DNA from: Clostridia bacterium
GTDB taxonomy: Bacteria > Bacillota > Clostridia > Oscillospirales > CAG-272
Direction of reading: 5' to 3'
Assembly: GCA_017450965.1 (NCBI GenBank)
Contig: JAFSSQ010000080.1
Location: 19,330-83,329 of the forward strand
DNA length: 64,000 nucleotides
A model generated the notes under the pieces. The model ran no database searches. It was not told where the DNA came from and saw only the letters and a program-made list of their open reading frames with translations. Each line of letters opens with the position of its first letter. Position 1 is the first letter of the stretch. Below are positions 54,972 through 64,000 of this stretch, in pieces. The translations under genes were made by a program, and so were the position numbers.

Positions 54972-55046
54972 TGGTGACCCGGACGAGAATCGAACTCGTG
55001 TTACCGCCGTGAAAGGGCGGTGTCTTCGCCGCTTGACCACCGGGCC
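54972..55046 (-). tRNA. tRNA-Glu (anticodon UUC)
   Basis: The reverse complement folds as GGCCCGG TG GTC AAGCGGCGAA GAC A CCGCC CTTTCAC GGCGG TAAC ACGAG TTCGATT CTCGT CCGGGTC A CCA. Confidence 0.92.
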
Positions 55047-55070
55047 ATACCGCGGCGGCCGCGGCATACA

Positions 55071-55147
55071 TGGTAGCGGAAGTCGGACTTGAACCTACGA
55101 CCTATCGGGTATGAACCGATTGCTCTAGCCAGCTGAGCTATTCCGCC
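55071..55147 (-). tRNA. tRNA with anticodon CAU (elongator Met, or Ile2 if lysidinylated)
   Basis: The reverse complement folds as GGCGGAA TA GCTC AGCTGGCTA GAGC A ATCGG TTCATAC CCGAT AGGTC GTAGG TTCAAGT CCGAC TTCCGCT A CCA. It has a G1-U72 wobble and one A/G mismatch in the T stem. It is not initiator-like (no C1/A72 mismatch and no 3 G-C pairs next to the loop). Confidence 0.85.
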
Positions 55148-55176
55148 AAAAAACGATGGAAATCGAACGCTCGATT

Positions 55177-55205
55177 ATTATATCATAGCGGTTCCGGTTT
55201 GTCAA
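55177..55205 (-). promoter_or_regulatory. Consensus sigma-A promoter of the tRNA-Met/tRNA-Glu unit
   Basis: Minus strand: TTGACA (55205-55200), 17 nt spacer, TATAAT (55182-55177), about 30 nt upstream of the tRNA 5' end. Confidence 0.8.
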
Positions 55206-55315
55206 CACCGAATTTTTCTTTTTTTCGGGAAAAGAAAAAAACCTTTCAAAGGGCGGCGGATGCATAAATCGGAAGGGAAAATGCATACCGTCTGCAACCT
55301 TTTTCCCGTAACCTC

Positions 55316-55343
55316 TTGATTTTCTTTTTATTTGTAGTATAAT
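55316..55343 (+). promoter_or_regulatory. Sigma-A-type promoter candidate for asnS
   Basis: TTGATT (55316-55321), 16 nt spacer, TATAAT (55338-55343). Confidence 0.6.
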
Positions 55344-55418
55344 ATCTCATATTGAGAGTTTCGATCCGTCGGAAGTGCAGGATTTCCGGGCGAAAATTTC
55401 AAAACAAGGAGAAATCAA

Positions 55419-56807
55419 ATGAAAAAAACAGACGTCAAAGAGATTTACGCATCCCTTGAAGCAAGAAAGGGTGTTACCGTATGCGGCTGGATCCGGAATA
55501 TCCGCGCTTCCAACGCGTTCGGTTTTATCGACGTAAACGACGGGAGCTGCTTTCTCCCGCTTCAGATCGTATTTGAATCGGCGCAGCTGGATAACTACGC
55601 GGAGATCGCCGCGCTCAACGTGGGCGCCGCGATCGTTTGTGAAGGCGATATCGTTCTGACGCCCGGCGCAAAGCAGCCGCTTGAGCTGCGCGCCGCCCGC
55701 ATCACGGTCGAGGGTCCCTCCACGCCCGATTATCCTCTGCAAAAGAAAAAACACGGGATGGACTTTCTCCGCACGATCGCCCATCTCCGCCCCCGCACCA
55801 ACACCTTCAACGCCGTTTTCCGCGTGCGTTCGGTCGCCGCTTACGCCATCCACCGGTTTTTCCAGGAGCGCGGGTTTGTTTACGTGCATACCCCGCTTAT
55901 CACCGGATCGGACGCGGAGGGCGCCGGCGAGATGTTCCGCGTGACGACGCTGGATCCCTCCGATCCGCCCCGTACCGAGGACGGAGAGATCGACTGGTCG
56001 AAGGACTTTTTCGGCAAAAAGACCAACCTGACCGTCTCCGGACAGCTCAACGGCGAGTGCTTTGCCATGGCCTTCGGCAAGATCTACACCTTCGGCCCCA
56101 CCTTCCGCGCCAAAAAGTCCAATACGCCGCGCCACGCCGCCGAGTTCTGGATGATGGAGCCGGAGATCGCCTTTGCCGATCTTGAGGACGATATGCGCCT
56201 TGCGGAGGATATGATCAAGTATATCGTTTCCTACGTGATGCAGGAATGTCCCTCCGAGCTTGCGTTTTTCAATCAGTTTTTCGATGCAACGCTTCTCGAT
56301 CGGCTGCATAATCTGGTAGAAAACGATTTTGCCCGCGTTACCTATACCGAGGCGGTCCGTCTTCTGACCGAAAGCAAAAAGGACTTTGAGTATCCCGTTT
56401 CCTGGGGGATCGATCTGCAAACAGAGCACGAACGGTATCTGACCGAGGAGGTCTTCGGCAAGCCGGTGTTCGTTACCGACTATCCGAAGGAGATCAAACC
56501 GTTTTATATGCGCCTCAACGAGGACGGCAAGACCGTCGCGGCGATGGATATGCTCGTTCCGGGCGTCGGTGAGCTGATCGGCGGCTCGCAGCGCGAGGAG
56601 CGGATGGATCTACTCCTTGCGGCGATGCAGAACAAAGGGCTGAAGGTAGAAAACTACCGCTTCTATCTGGATCTGCGTAAATACGGCGGCGCGAAGCACG
56701 CGGGCTTTGGCCTCGGCTTTGAACGGCTGATCATGTATATCACGGGGATCGGCAATATCCGCGACGTGGAGGCGTTCCCCCGCACGGCAGGCAACGCGGA
56801 GTTTTAA
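55419..56807 (+). CDS. asnS: Asparagine--tRNA ligase
   Basis: 462 aa. N-terminal OB fold ([23 protein letters not shown]) and class II motifs [21 protein letters not shown] and GFGLGFERL. Confidence 0.95.
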   Translation: MKKTDVKEIYASLEARKGVTVCGWIRNIRASNAFGFIDVNDGSCFLPLQIVFESAQLDNYAEIAALNVGAAIVCEGDIVLTPGAKQPLELRAARITVEGPSTPDYPLQKKKHGMDFLRTIAHLRPRTNTFNAVFRVRSVAAYAIHRFFQERGFVYVHTPLITGSDAEGAGEMFRVTTLDPSDPPRTEDGEIDWSKDFFGKKTNLTVSGQLNGECFAMAFGKIYTFGPTFRAKKSNTPRHAAEFWMMEPEIAFADLEDDMRLAEDMIKYIVSYVMQECPSELAFFNQFFDATLLDRLHNLVENDFARVTYTEAVRLLTESKKDFEYPVSWGIDLQTEHERYLTEEVFGKPVFVTDYPKEIKPFYMRLNEDGKTVAAMDMLVPGVGELIGGSQREERMDLLLAAMQNKGLKVENYRFYLDLRKYGGAKHAGFGLGFERLIMYITGIGNIRDVEAFPRTAGNAEF

Positions 56808-56818
56808 CGAGGAGGACC

Positions 56819-58102
56819 ATGAGATTTTCAGATATGCAGACGGGAGAGCTCTCCGCTCTTCTGGCTGAGCTTTCAGACCAATACGCCGCCTACCGCAAGA
56901 TGGGGCTCAAGCTCGATCTCTCCCGCGGTAAACCTTCGACCGAGCAGCTCGATATATCGAGCTCCCTCCTCGTTTCCGACGGCGGGAAAGATACCTATCT
57001 TGCGGAAAACGGATTTGACTGCCGCAACTACGGCGTCGGGGACGGGCTGCCCGAGATGCGCCGTTTCTTTGCCGAGGTCTACGGGATCCCCGAGGAGACG
57101 GTGATCGTCGGCGGAAACTCCAGCCTTAATCTGATCTACGACGCCTTCGAGCGGCTGATGCTCCTCGGCACCGGCGACAGCAAACCGTGGTGCAAATACG
57201 ACAAGATCAAGTTTATCTGCCCGGTCCCCGGTTACGACCGCCATTTCGGTATTCTGGAGATGCTCGGGATCGAGATGCTCCCCGTGGAAATGGGACCGGA
57301 AGGCCCCGATATGGACGAGGTGGAGCGCCTGGCGGCGGATCCGCTTGTCAAGGGGATCATCTGCGTGCCGAAGTACTCCAATCCGACCGGGTATACCGTC
57401 TCCGAGGCGACCGTGCGCCGTCTCTTTTCGATGAAGGCGGCGCCAGACTTCCGCATTTTTTTCGACAACGCCTACGGGATCCACGATTTTACCGACGAGC
57501 CGGACGTTTTGCCCGATCTCTTCGGGATCGCGAAAGAGTGCGGCGCGGAGGATCGCATCCTCTATTTCACTTCGACTTCGAAGATCACCTTCCCCGGCGG
57601 CGGTGTGTCGCTTGTCGCCTCTCTTGACCCCAACCTTTCCGAGATCAAGCGCGCGATGAGCATGGAGACGATCGGTTTTGACAAGCTCAATCAGCTCCGC
57701 CAGCTCCGCTATTTGAAAAACGCCGAACATACGGCGGCTGTGATGAAGCGCCACGCCGCTTTTCTCAAACCGAAGTTTGATCTCTGTTCCGAAAAGCTCC
57801 ATAGCGGGCTTGACGGCCTCGGGATCGCGGACTGGTACGACCCGAACGGCGGATACTTTATCAGTCTGAACGTAACGGACGGATGCGCGGGGCGCGTCTG
57901 GGCTCTCATGAAGGAGGCGGGCGTTACGATGACGCCCGCGGGCGCCACCTACCCCTATCATCACGACCCGCGCGACCGCAACCTCCGCCTGGCGCCGACC
58001 TATTCCACCCTGGACGATCTCTCCAAAACGCTGGACGTTCTCGTCTGCTGCGTCAAGCTGGCGGCGTGCGAGCATTATCTGGCGTCCGGGAACGCGTCAT
58101 GA
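56819..58102 (+). CDS. PLP-dependent aminotransferase (class I/II fold)
   Basis: 427 aa with LDLSRGKPSTEQLD..., VGGNSSLNLIYD, YSNPTG and FTSTSKITFPGGG (Lys in an SxSK-type context). Confidence 0.8.
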   Translation: MRFSDMQTGELSALLAELSDQYAAYRKMGLKLDLSRGKPSTEQLDISSSLLVSDGGKDTYLAENGFDCRNYGVGDGLPEMRRFFAEVYGIPEETVIVGGNSSLNLIYDAFERLMLLGTGDSKPWCKYDKIKFICPVPGYDRHFGILEMLGIEMLPVEMGPEGPDMDEVERLAADPLVKGIICVPKYSNPTGYTVSEATVRRLFSMKAAPDFRIFFDNAYGIHDFTDEPDVLPDLFGIAKECGAEDRILYFTSTSKITFPGGGVSLVASLDPNLSEIKRAMSMETIGFDKLNQLRQLRYLKNAEHTAAVMKRHAAFLKPKFDLCSEKLHSGLDGLGIADWYDPNGGYFISLNVTDGCAGRVWALMKEAGVTMTPAGATYPYHHDPRDRNLRLAPTYSTLDDLSKTLDVLVCCVKLAACEHYLASGNAS

Positions 58103-58482
58103 CGACCGAGGAACGCAAGGCGCTCGTCTTTCCCTATCTCGGGCAGACGGTCGACGTCCGGATCGACCGGCCGGTCGGCTATCGCCACAAGAAGCACGGG
58201 ATCGAGCTTACCTATGAGGTCAATTACGGATTTCTCCCCGGCGTTCTCGGCGGGGACGGGGAAGAGCTGGACGTTTACGTCCTCGGCCCGACCGAGCCGA
58301 TCGAACGCTTTACGGGCCGGGTGATCGGGATCGTCTTCCGGCGCGACGACGAGGAAGACAAACTGATCGCGGCGCCCGACGGCGTCTCCTACACCCCGGA
58401 ACGGATGGCGGAGATGATCCGCTTCGCCGAACGGTACTACGACTCCTATATCGTAACGGAACCGGCAAAACGCCCTTTTTAA
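58099..58482 (+). CDS. Inorganic pyrophosphatase-like family protein (tentative)
   Basis: In-frame ATG at 58099 (ATGA overlap). ...VDVRIDRPVGYRHKKHGIELTYEVNYGFLPGVLGGDGEELDVYVLG...RRDDEEDKLIAAP resembles the soluble PPase fold. Confidence 0.55.
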   Translation: MTTEERKALVFPYLGQTVDVRIDRPVGYRHKKHGIELTYEVNYGFLPGVLGGDGEELDVYVLGPTEPIERFTGRVIGIVFRRDDEEDKLIAAPDGVSYTPERMAEMIRFAERYYDSYIVTEPAKRPF

Positions 58483-58496
58483 GGGCGTTTTTCGTT
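58467..58496 (+). terminator. Intrinsic terminator overlapping the stop codon
   Basis: aaaacgccc-tttttaa-gggcgtttt followed by a T-rich tail. Confidence 0.7.
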
Positions 58497-58534
58497 TTAC
58501 TTCCGCTGAAATCAAAAAACCGGGGGCGCGGGAA

Positions 58535-58563
58535 TTGACAGACGCGGGAAAAGATGATAGAAT
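58535..58563 (+). promoter_or_regulatory. Sigma-A-type promoter candidate for the HAD-GNAT-rqcH unit
   Basis: TTGACA (58535-58540), 17 nt spacer, TAGAAT (58558-58563). Confidence 0.65.
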
Positions 58564-58569
58564 ACAGGC

Positions 58570-59244
58570 ATGAAAGAAAAACAGACTATCAGCCGGGTCG
58601 TCTGGGATTTCAACGGAACGATCCTCGACGACGTACAGACCGGCATCAACGCGGTCAATCTTCTTCTGACGCGGCGCGGCAAGCCCCCGATCACCGATCT
58701 TGCGTATTATAAGGAAGTGTTCGGCTTTCCGATCCGGGATTATTACGCGCGCGTGGGATTTGATTTCGAGCGGGAATCCTTTGACGACGTGGCGCCGGAA
58801 TGGGTGCGCGAGTATCTGCGCCTCGAGCGGGACGCGCCGCTCTGTCCCACCGTTTACGACGCGCTCGACCTTATTCGCTCCGCCGGGATCCCGCAGTATC
58901 TGATTTCGGCGACCGAACAGAATATGCTTCTCGACCAGCTTGCCCGCCGGGGTCTCACAAAGTATTTTGAAGAGATACACGGCCTTGACAACATCCACGC
59001 AAACAGCAAGGAGGCGCTCTTTGGCGCGTTTCTCGCCGGTCGGGAGGGAAGGACCGTCTGCTTCGGGGATACCGAGCACGACTGTTTCTGCGCTCGCCGG
59101 AACGGAGCCGAGGTCATCCTGATCGCGGCCGGCCATCAATCAAAGGAAAAACTGATGAAAACAGACGCCCCCGTCGTGGATCGCGCGATCCAGGCGGCGG
59201 AGCTTGTGTTAGGAGAACGGAACAATGGAAACTTCGTTTTTTGA
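58570..59244 (+). CDS. HAD-superfamily hydrolase (phosphoglycolate phosphatase-like)
   Basis: 224 aa with motif I VVWDFNGTILDD, motif II ISATEQ and a C-terminal GDTEHD. Confidence 0.85.
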   Translation: MKEKQTISRVVWDFNGTILDDVQTGINAVNLLLTRRGKPPITDLAYYKEVFGFPIRDYYARVGFDFERESFDDVAPEWVREYLRLERDAPLCPTVYDALDLIRSAGIPQYLISATEQNMLLDQLARRGLTKYFEEIHGLDNIHANSKEALFGAFLAGREGRTVCFGDTEHDCFCARRNGAEVILIAAGHQSKEKLMKTDAPVVDRAIQAAELVLGERNNGNFVF

Positions 59245-59914
59245 AGCCAATCTGAAAAGCAACCCCCACCTTCCCGTCATTGTCTTTTCCGTGACAAGAA
59301 GCGGGGAAAAGATCACGGTGGAGGCGGACAAGCGTCTGCGGCATCTCGTTCGTCCGTTTACGGACAAATACCGCGACGACGCGCTTTTTTCCGCCGAGGC
59401 GATCGCCGACCTCGCGGAAACCGTCAAAAAAGCGATGAGCAAATACGGCCGTTTCTCCGTCGATCCCTCCTCCTTTGACGTGATCGTGACGAAGACCGCC
59501 GCTTCGTTTCAGGGAAAGGCGGTCGGAATGCTCCCGCCCGCGGAGATCTACCGCGGATCCGGCGATGATTTCCCGGAAGAGCTTGCCGACCTTGCGGAAA
59601 CGGCGAAAACGAACGCCTTGATCTGTACGGCCGAGCAGGACGGGCGGATCGTTTCCGCGGCGTACACGTTTGAGGAACCGACCGAGAACCGCTACTGCGA
59701 GATCGGCGTGGAGACCTGCGAGGAATACCGCCGGCGGCATTTTGCCCTCGCCGCGCTCCGCGTTCTCCTTACCGAACTGGAAAAGCGGAAGGTCACGGCG
59801 ATCTATTGCTACGAGAAAAAGAACGAGGCCTCGGACGCGCTTTCCGCCGCGTGCGGATTTGAAATCTGCGAGGAAGGCTACGACGTTGCGGTCTTCCGGG
59901 AAGGGAAGAACTGA
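59225..59914 (+). CDS. GNAT-family acetyltransferase-like protein (tentative)
   Basis: 229 aa. The C-terminal ...CEIGVETCEEYRRRHFALAALRVLLTELEKRKVTAIYCYEKKNEASDALSAACGFE resembles the GNAT acetyl-CoA-binding core. Confidence 0.55.
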   Translation: METSFFEANLKSNPHLPVIVFSVTRSGEKITVEADKRLRHLVRPFTDKYRDDALFSAEAIADLAETVKKAMSKYGRFSVDPSSFDVIVTKTAASFQGKAVGMLPPAEIYRGSGDDFPEELADLAETAKTNALICTAEQDGRIVSAAYTFEEPTENRYCEIGVETCEEYRRRHFALAALRVLLTELEKRKVTAIYCYEKKNEASDALSAACGFEICEEGYDVAVFREGKN

Positions 59915-61662
59915 TGCCGTTTGACGCCGCGATGCTGAAGGCCTCTCTCGCCGAATGCCGGGAGATCCTGCTCGGGGGGCGGGTCGAGAAGATCAGCGTG
60001 CCGGAAAAGGAGCTTGTCCTTCTCTCTTTTCATAACCAGCTGGAAGGAAAGGCCGTCAACGCAAAGCTGAAGATCTCCACCTATCCCGATCTTTCCTGCG
60101 TCCATCTGACCGGGATCACGGTGGAAAATCCCGCCGTTCCCTCCGGTTTTTGTCTGCAGCTCCGCAAGCATCTGCTCGGAGCGCGCCTCAGCGCGATCGA
60201 GCAGCTCGGGTTTGAGCGGGCGGTCTCCTTTTCCTTTTCCGCCCGGGACGAGATGGGCTATCAGACCGAGCGTTTCCTCGTCGCGGAGACGATGGGCAAA
60301 TACAGCAACCTGATTCTTCTGAACGCCGAGCGGCGCGTGATCGCCGCCTCCCGGCTGATCGAGCTTTCTCTGAACGCAAAACGCCCCGTTCTGATCGGCA
60401 TGACCTATGAAAACCCGCCCGCGCAGGCAAAGCGGGATCCGCTTGCCGAAACGCGCGAGGGGTTTTTTGGCGTTTATTCCCCCGATATGCCGCCGGACAA
60501 GCTGCTGATGGCAAACTACTTCGGGCTCTCTCCTCTGATCGCGCGGGAGATCGCCGCGCAGGCGGGCGAGGGCGGCCCGGAAACGCTTTGGGCCGCCTTT
60601 TCCGACGTGACGGACCGGATCCGTACCGAGCGTTTTTCTCCCGTTCTCCTTCTCGCACCGGACGGATCTCCGGCGGATTTCAGTTTTCTGCCGATCACGC
60701 AGTACGGCGCGGAACGGACCGCTTTGCCGTTTTCCTCAGTCGGAGAACTGCTTGACCGCTATTCCGAGGAAAAAACGCGCCTCGCTTCCATCCGGCGCCG
60801 CGCCTCCGATCTTCTCCGCGTGGTTTCCAACGCGCAAAAGCGCCTTGAAAAAAAGACCGCGCTCCTCCAAAACGAGATCGACGACAGCCGCGACGCGGCC
60901 CTCTGGCGCGAGGAAGGCGAACTGATCACCGCCAACCTTTACCTCCTTAAAAAAGGCATGAAAAGCGCCCGGCTCACCGATTATTCGGTCACGCCGCCCG
61001 CACAGCGGGAAGTCTCTCTCGATCCGCTCCTCACCCCGCAGCAGAACGCCGCCGCACGTTTCCGGAAGTATAGTAAAAAGAAAAGCGCCCTCGCGCATGC
61101 CGAAACGCAGCTATCCCTCGCGCGCGAGGAAAGCGAGTATATCGAACGGGTACGCGACTCTCTCGACCGCGCGGAAGGCGAGAGCGAGATCAGAGAGATC
61201 CGGGAGGAGCTGGAGGCGGGCGGATACCTCCGCACCGCCGCCAAAAAACGTCTCCAAAAGCCGAAAAAACCCGCGCCGGACGAATACCGCACCACGGGCG
61301 GGTACAAGATCTACTGCGGGAAAAACAACCTCCAGAACGAATATATCACCTTCAAGCTCGCCGAAAAGCATGATATCTGGTTCCACGCCAAAGGCCGCCC
61401 CGGCTCCCACGTTCTGCTGGTAACGGAAGGGAAAGAGCCGTCCGCCGAAGACTACACCGAAGCGGCGACGATCGCGGCGGTCTGTTCCTCCGCCGCGGGA
61501 GACGCCTCCGTGACCGTTGACTACACGAAGGCGGGAGAGGTGAAAAAGCCCTCCGGCTCCCGGCCGGGGTACGTGATCTATCACAAAAACTTTTCTACCG
61601 TCGTCCGCCGGGACGAGGCGCTCGTCCGTTCTCTCCGCGCCAAGCGTACCCCCGCCGGATGA
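59914..61662 (+). CDS. rqcH: Ribosome quality control factor RqcH (NFACT / FbpA family)
   Basis: 582 aa with an NFACT-N N-terminus (MPFDAAMLKASLAECREILLGGRVEKISVPEKELVLL), a coiled coil and an NFACT-R domain (DIWFHAKGRPGSHVLL). Confidence 0.88.
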   Translation: MPFDAAMLKASLAECREILLGGRVEKISVPEKELVLLSFHNQLEGKAVNAKLKISTYPDLSCVHLTGITVENPAVPSGFCLQLRKHLLGARLSAIEQLGFERAVSFSFSARDEMGYQTERFLVAETMGKYSNLILLNAERRVIAASRLIELSLNAKRPVLIGMTYENPPAQAKRDPLAETREGFFGVYSPDMPPDKLLMANYFGLSPLIAREIAAQAGEGGPETLWAAFSDVTDRIRTERFSPVLLLAPDGSPADFSFLPITQYGAERTALPFSSVGELLDRYSEEKTRLASIRRRASDLLRVVSNAQKRLEKKTALLQNEIDDSRDAALWREEGELITANLYLLKKGMKSARLTDYSVTPPAQREVSLDPLLTPQQNAAARFRKYSKKKSALAHAETQLSLAREESEYIERVRDSLDRAEGESEIREIREELEAGGYLRTAAKKRLQKPKKPAPDEYRTTGGYKIYCGKNNLQNEYITFKLAEKHDIWFHAKGRPGSHVLLVTEGKEPSAEDYTEAATIAAVCSSAAGDASVTVDYTKAGEVKKPSGSRPGYVIYHKNFSTVVRRDEALVRSLRAKRTPAG

Positions 61663-61682
61663 TCCGAAAAGAGGAAACGAAG

Positions 61683-62846
61683 ATGAAAAAAGTTTTCTCG
61701 CGGCCGCTTGTTTTTCTCCTTCTCTGCGCGATCCTCCTCTGCGCCTCGTCTTGCTCTTTTCTCGAGGATCTGCTCCAAAAACTGCCGGAGATCACCCTCT
61801 CTCCGGTCTCCGGCGACGGCACGGAGCCCCCGCCGATCACAACAGAGCCGGAAAACGCGATCCCGTTTTCGCGCACGCCCGAGGTTGGCATATACGAACT
61901 TCCGCCGGAGGAGTTTTCCGACCCGATCGAAAAAGAGGCCTCTGAGATCATCGACGCCGCGATCGCAAAAGCCGTCGCCTATGTTGCGACGATGAAGGAC
62001 GGCCGGCACTCGACCGTCTCCTTTCCGTTTGAAGAAGACGCGGGCGGCTATATCGCCGCGTTAAGCGACGTGGAACGGGAGTATTACCGGATCATCGTTG
62101 AGCACGCCAAAAAAGGGGAACCGTTCCGGATCACCGATACCGAATGTCCCGGCGGGTCGGACGGACTGAGGAAACTCTTTTTCAACCTGCCCGTTCCGCT
62201 TTCCTACTGCGAGCCGGGGATCTCCTCCTATTTCTATTTTGACGTAACTTGCTACGGACTGGCGGACTATTCCACCTATTATACCTCCATGTTCGATCTC
62301 TATTTTGACCCGTACCGGGATTGGAACGCAAACGTTTCGCGCGGGTCTGTCACGATGGATGAGGTAAAGCACGGAGCCGATCTGCTCGACGCTGTCGTCA
62401 GGCGGGTCGTGAAGTTTATGCCGGGAGATCTGACGGCGTATGACAAGTATTACTATCTCGCGGCCGTTCTCAGCGAACAGACCTCTTACGACAAGCGTCC
62501 CGCCAACTGCTTTTCCGCATTCGGGGCGCTGATCGGCGGCAGAGCCGTCTGCGAGGGCTACGCTTACGCGTACTATCTCCTCTGCCGCGAGGCGGATCTG
62601 TGGTGCGCCTACCGCGACGGGTTGCCGGACGGGCAGGGGCATATCTGGAACATGGTCAAGCTCGAGAGCGGGATCTATAACGTGGACGTTACCTGGTGCG
62701 ACGGATCCGGAAAACCGTATGAGCGCGACTGGTACGACTGTTTTATCAAGTCCGATCCGTTTTTTGAAGCGGACGGACACTGCGCCGAGGCGGGCGTGGA
62801 GGGGACCGGAACGTTTGAGCCGTCCCCCTATGAAGCGCTGTCATAA
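61683..62846 (+). CDS. Lipoprotein with transglutaminase-like cysteine-protease core
   Basis: In-frame ATG at 61683. Lipobox MKKVFSRPLVFLLLCAILLCASSC. Core GGRAVCEGYAYAYYLLCREADLWC...GHIWNMVKL...YNVDVTW (Cys-His-Asp arrangement). Confidence 0.7.
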   Translation: MKKVFSRPLVFLLLCAILLCASSCSFLEDLLQKLPEITLSPVSGDGTEPPPITTEPENAIPFSRTPEVGIYELPPEEFSDPIEKEASEIIDAAIAKAVAYVATMKDGRHSTVSFPFEEDAGGYIAALSDVEREYYRIIVEHAKKGEPFRITDTECPGGSDGLRKLFFNLPVPLSYCEPGISSYFYFDVTCYGLADYSTYYTSMFDLYFDPYRDWNANVSRGSVTMDEVKHGADLLDAVVRRVVKFMPGDLTAYDKYYYLAAVLSEQTSYDKRPANCFSAFGALIGGRAVCEGYAYAYYLLCREADLWCAYRDGLPDGQGHIWNMVKLESGIYNVDVTWCDGSGKPYERDWYDCFIKSDPFFEADGHCAEAGVEGTGTFEPSPYEALS

Positions 62847-62852
62847 AGTAAG

Positions 62853-62887
62853 AAAAGCGGCGGAGCAAACGCTCCGCCGCCCGTTTT
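62853..62887. terminator. Bidirectional intrinsic terminator
   Basis: aaaagcggcggagc-aaac-gctccgccgc followed by ccgtttt, between convergent genes. Confidence 0.8.
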
Positions 62888-62893
62888 ATGATT

Positions 62894-63592
62894 TCAGGGC
62901 CGTTCGATCCCGGCAAGGAGATCGAAATACGAGACCTGCCGTTCATAGATCTGCTGCCGTTTGGCTTTGTTCAGGAGAAAAGACTGGAGAAAGCTCCGGT
63001 CCCGCAACACGAGGAGGGTATCCTCCGGCAGGGAGGAAAAACCCGCCTGCCCGTAGAGAGGGAGCGCGGAGAGCCGGAGCGCGTAGTCGTCATAGCGTTT
63101 GTCCGCTTCCACCGAGTCGGGGAGCGCGACGAAAACGCCGGTCTCCGCGACGCTGCCGTACAGTTCGGGATCCAGCAGGAGAATGCAGTAATCCCCGGCC
63201 GCCAGCGTGTATCGGAAGGTTTCTTCCGCCTCCGCGTTGCGAGCGCCGTTGTAGTAGGTTCCGCCCTCCTGATACGCTTCGGCAAGCCCGCGCGGGACGT
63301 AGGTGATCCGGTCGAACGCCGCAGCGAAGGAGGAGGGGTCTTCCGCCTTCCCGGCGCAGAGAGAGGATACGGAGAGGAGGATCTTCCGGTAGGTCTCTCC
63401 GTCGATATACTGCGGCCCGGCGTAAAGAAGATAGGCGTCGTACTCCGGCTTTGAGGCGCATTGGAAAAGGCAGACGGCGATCGCGGCCGCCGCCAGGACG
63501 AGGAGTATGATCTTGCCTTTATTGTTTTTCCAGAAATCCGGCAGGGAAAAGGGTGTTTTTCCCTCCTCCGGGCTCGCGGTTCGGTCGTTCAT
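62894..63592 (-). CDS. Hypothetical single-pass membrane protein
   Basis: 232 aa with a TM segment (IILLVLAAAAIAVCLF) after a short cytoplasmic N-terminus. No family was recognised. Confidence 0.55.
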   Translation of the reverse strand: MNDRTASPEEGKTPFSLPDFWKNNKGKIILLVLAAAAIAVCLFQCASKPEYDAYLLYAGPQYIDGETYRKILLSVSSLCAGKAEDPSSFAAAFDRITYVPRGLAEAYQEGGTYYNGARNAEAEETFRYTLAAGDYCILLLDPELYGSVAETGVFVALPDSVEADKRYDDYALRLSALPLYGQAGFSSLPEDTLLVLRDRSFLQSFLLNKAKRQQIYERQVSYFDLLAGIERP

Positions 63593-63666
63593 TTTTCTTT
63601 CCTTCTTCTCAGGGAAAAAACCGCTTTACAAACTGTTTAAGCCGTGATAAGATGATAGCAGGACAG

Positions 63667-63694
63667 AAAAAGACGGCGCAGCGTCCGTCTTTTT
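63667..63694 (-). terminator. Intrinsic terminator after the phosphoribosyltransferase gene
   Basis: aaaaagacgg-cgcagcgt-ccgtcttttt. It is flanked by A/T runs, so it could work in both directions. Confidence 0.7.
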
Positions 63695-63700
63695 CCGGGG

Positions 63701-64000
63701 TCAGTCGATCGGGTTGCCGTCCTTGTCAAAGAGCGGCAGTTTTTCGAGATATACGATGTCCTCTCTGTTTGCCGCGTCGCCTTCCGCCAGGATGGTTGCG
63801 ATCCCCGCGATCTCGCCGCCCGCCTTTTTAACAAGCGTGATCAGCGCCTCGCAGCTCTCGCCGGTGGAAACAACGTCGTCCACGATCAGGATCCGCTTGC
63901 CGCGCATCAGCTCGGCGTCCGCGGCGTCCAGATACAGGGTCTGGCGTTTTTCGGTGGTGATAGACTTGACTTCACACTCGAAAACGCCGGTCATATAGAG
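63701..64000 (-). CDS. Phosphoribosyltransferase family protein, C-terminal part (gene runs off the right edge)
   Basis: ...RILIVDDVVSTGESCEALITLVKKAGGEIAGIATILAEGDAA... is the PRPP-binding loop of type I PRTases (adenine/xanthine PRT-like). The N-terminus lies outside the window. Confidence 0.75.
   Translation of the reverse strand, partial: LYMTGVFECEVKSITTEKRQTLYLDAADAELMRGKRILIVDDVVSTGESCEALITLVKKAGGEIAGIATILAEGDAANREDIVYLEKLPLFDKDGNPID

Noticed and set aside
55344-55418. T-box riboswitch in front of asnS
   Set aside because: The leader from the predicted promoter to the ATG is only about 70 nt. It contains no specifier-loop/T-box sequence (AANNNGGUGNNACCNCG-like) and no terminator/antiterminator pair.
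1-64000. Prophage, genomic island or defence system in coding DNA
   Set aside because: Every confidently assigned CDS is housekeeping, sporulation or envelope related. Gene order follows conserved Firmicutes syntenies. No integrase, transposase, restriction, Cas, abortive-infection or toxin-antitoxin signatures were seen.

Overview
This window looks like a high-GC Firmicutes/Clostridia chromosomal core region. Supporting signs are the sporulation genes yqfC/yqfD, a SpoIID-domain protein, a YlbJ-like protein and WhiA. A C-terminal dockerin module hints at a cellulosome-bearing, ruminococcus-like lineage, but that is inference only.

About 60 CDS are present and nearly all are housekeeping. They sit in long co-directional operons with many start/stop overlaps:
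- nusB-M22-xseA-xseB-ispA-tlyA-nadK-argR-recN-murB-whiA-dnaE
- PBP1A
- trkH-trkA
- yqfC-yqfD-phoH-ybeY-era-recO-mutS2-capA
- SRP RNA-dnaX-ybaB-recR-tRNA
- tmcAL / ackA (divergent)
- coaE-SLT-aminopeptidase-prfA-tsaC-gyrA/parC-like-SpoIID/dockerin
- secA plus two membrane proteins
- tRNA-Met and tRNA-Glu
- asnS-aminotransferase
- HAD-GNAT-rqcH

I saw no transposase, integrase, CRISPR array or recognisable defence genes. Many long ORFs in the track are antisense artefacts of high GC and were rejected.

The one stretch ordinary annotation does not explain is the AT-rich non-coding region at about 33.15-33.79 kb. It lies just after a non-canonical tRNA (Gln-type scaffold, anticodon AUG). Three bidirectional terminators bound two paralogous modules. 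Each module is an array of a constant heptad plus variable mini-hairpins, followed by the mirror-image arrangement. The heptad differs between the modules, but its forward and reverse copies change together.

A smaller array of the same heptad+hairpin type flanks the tRNA-Glu/tRNA-Met locus at about 54.8-55.2 kb. I do not recognise either array as a described RNA family or repeat class, and its function is unknown.
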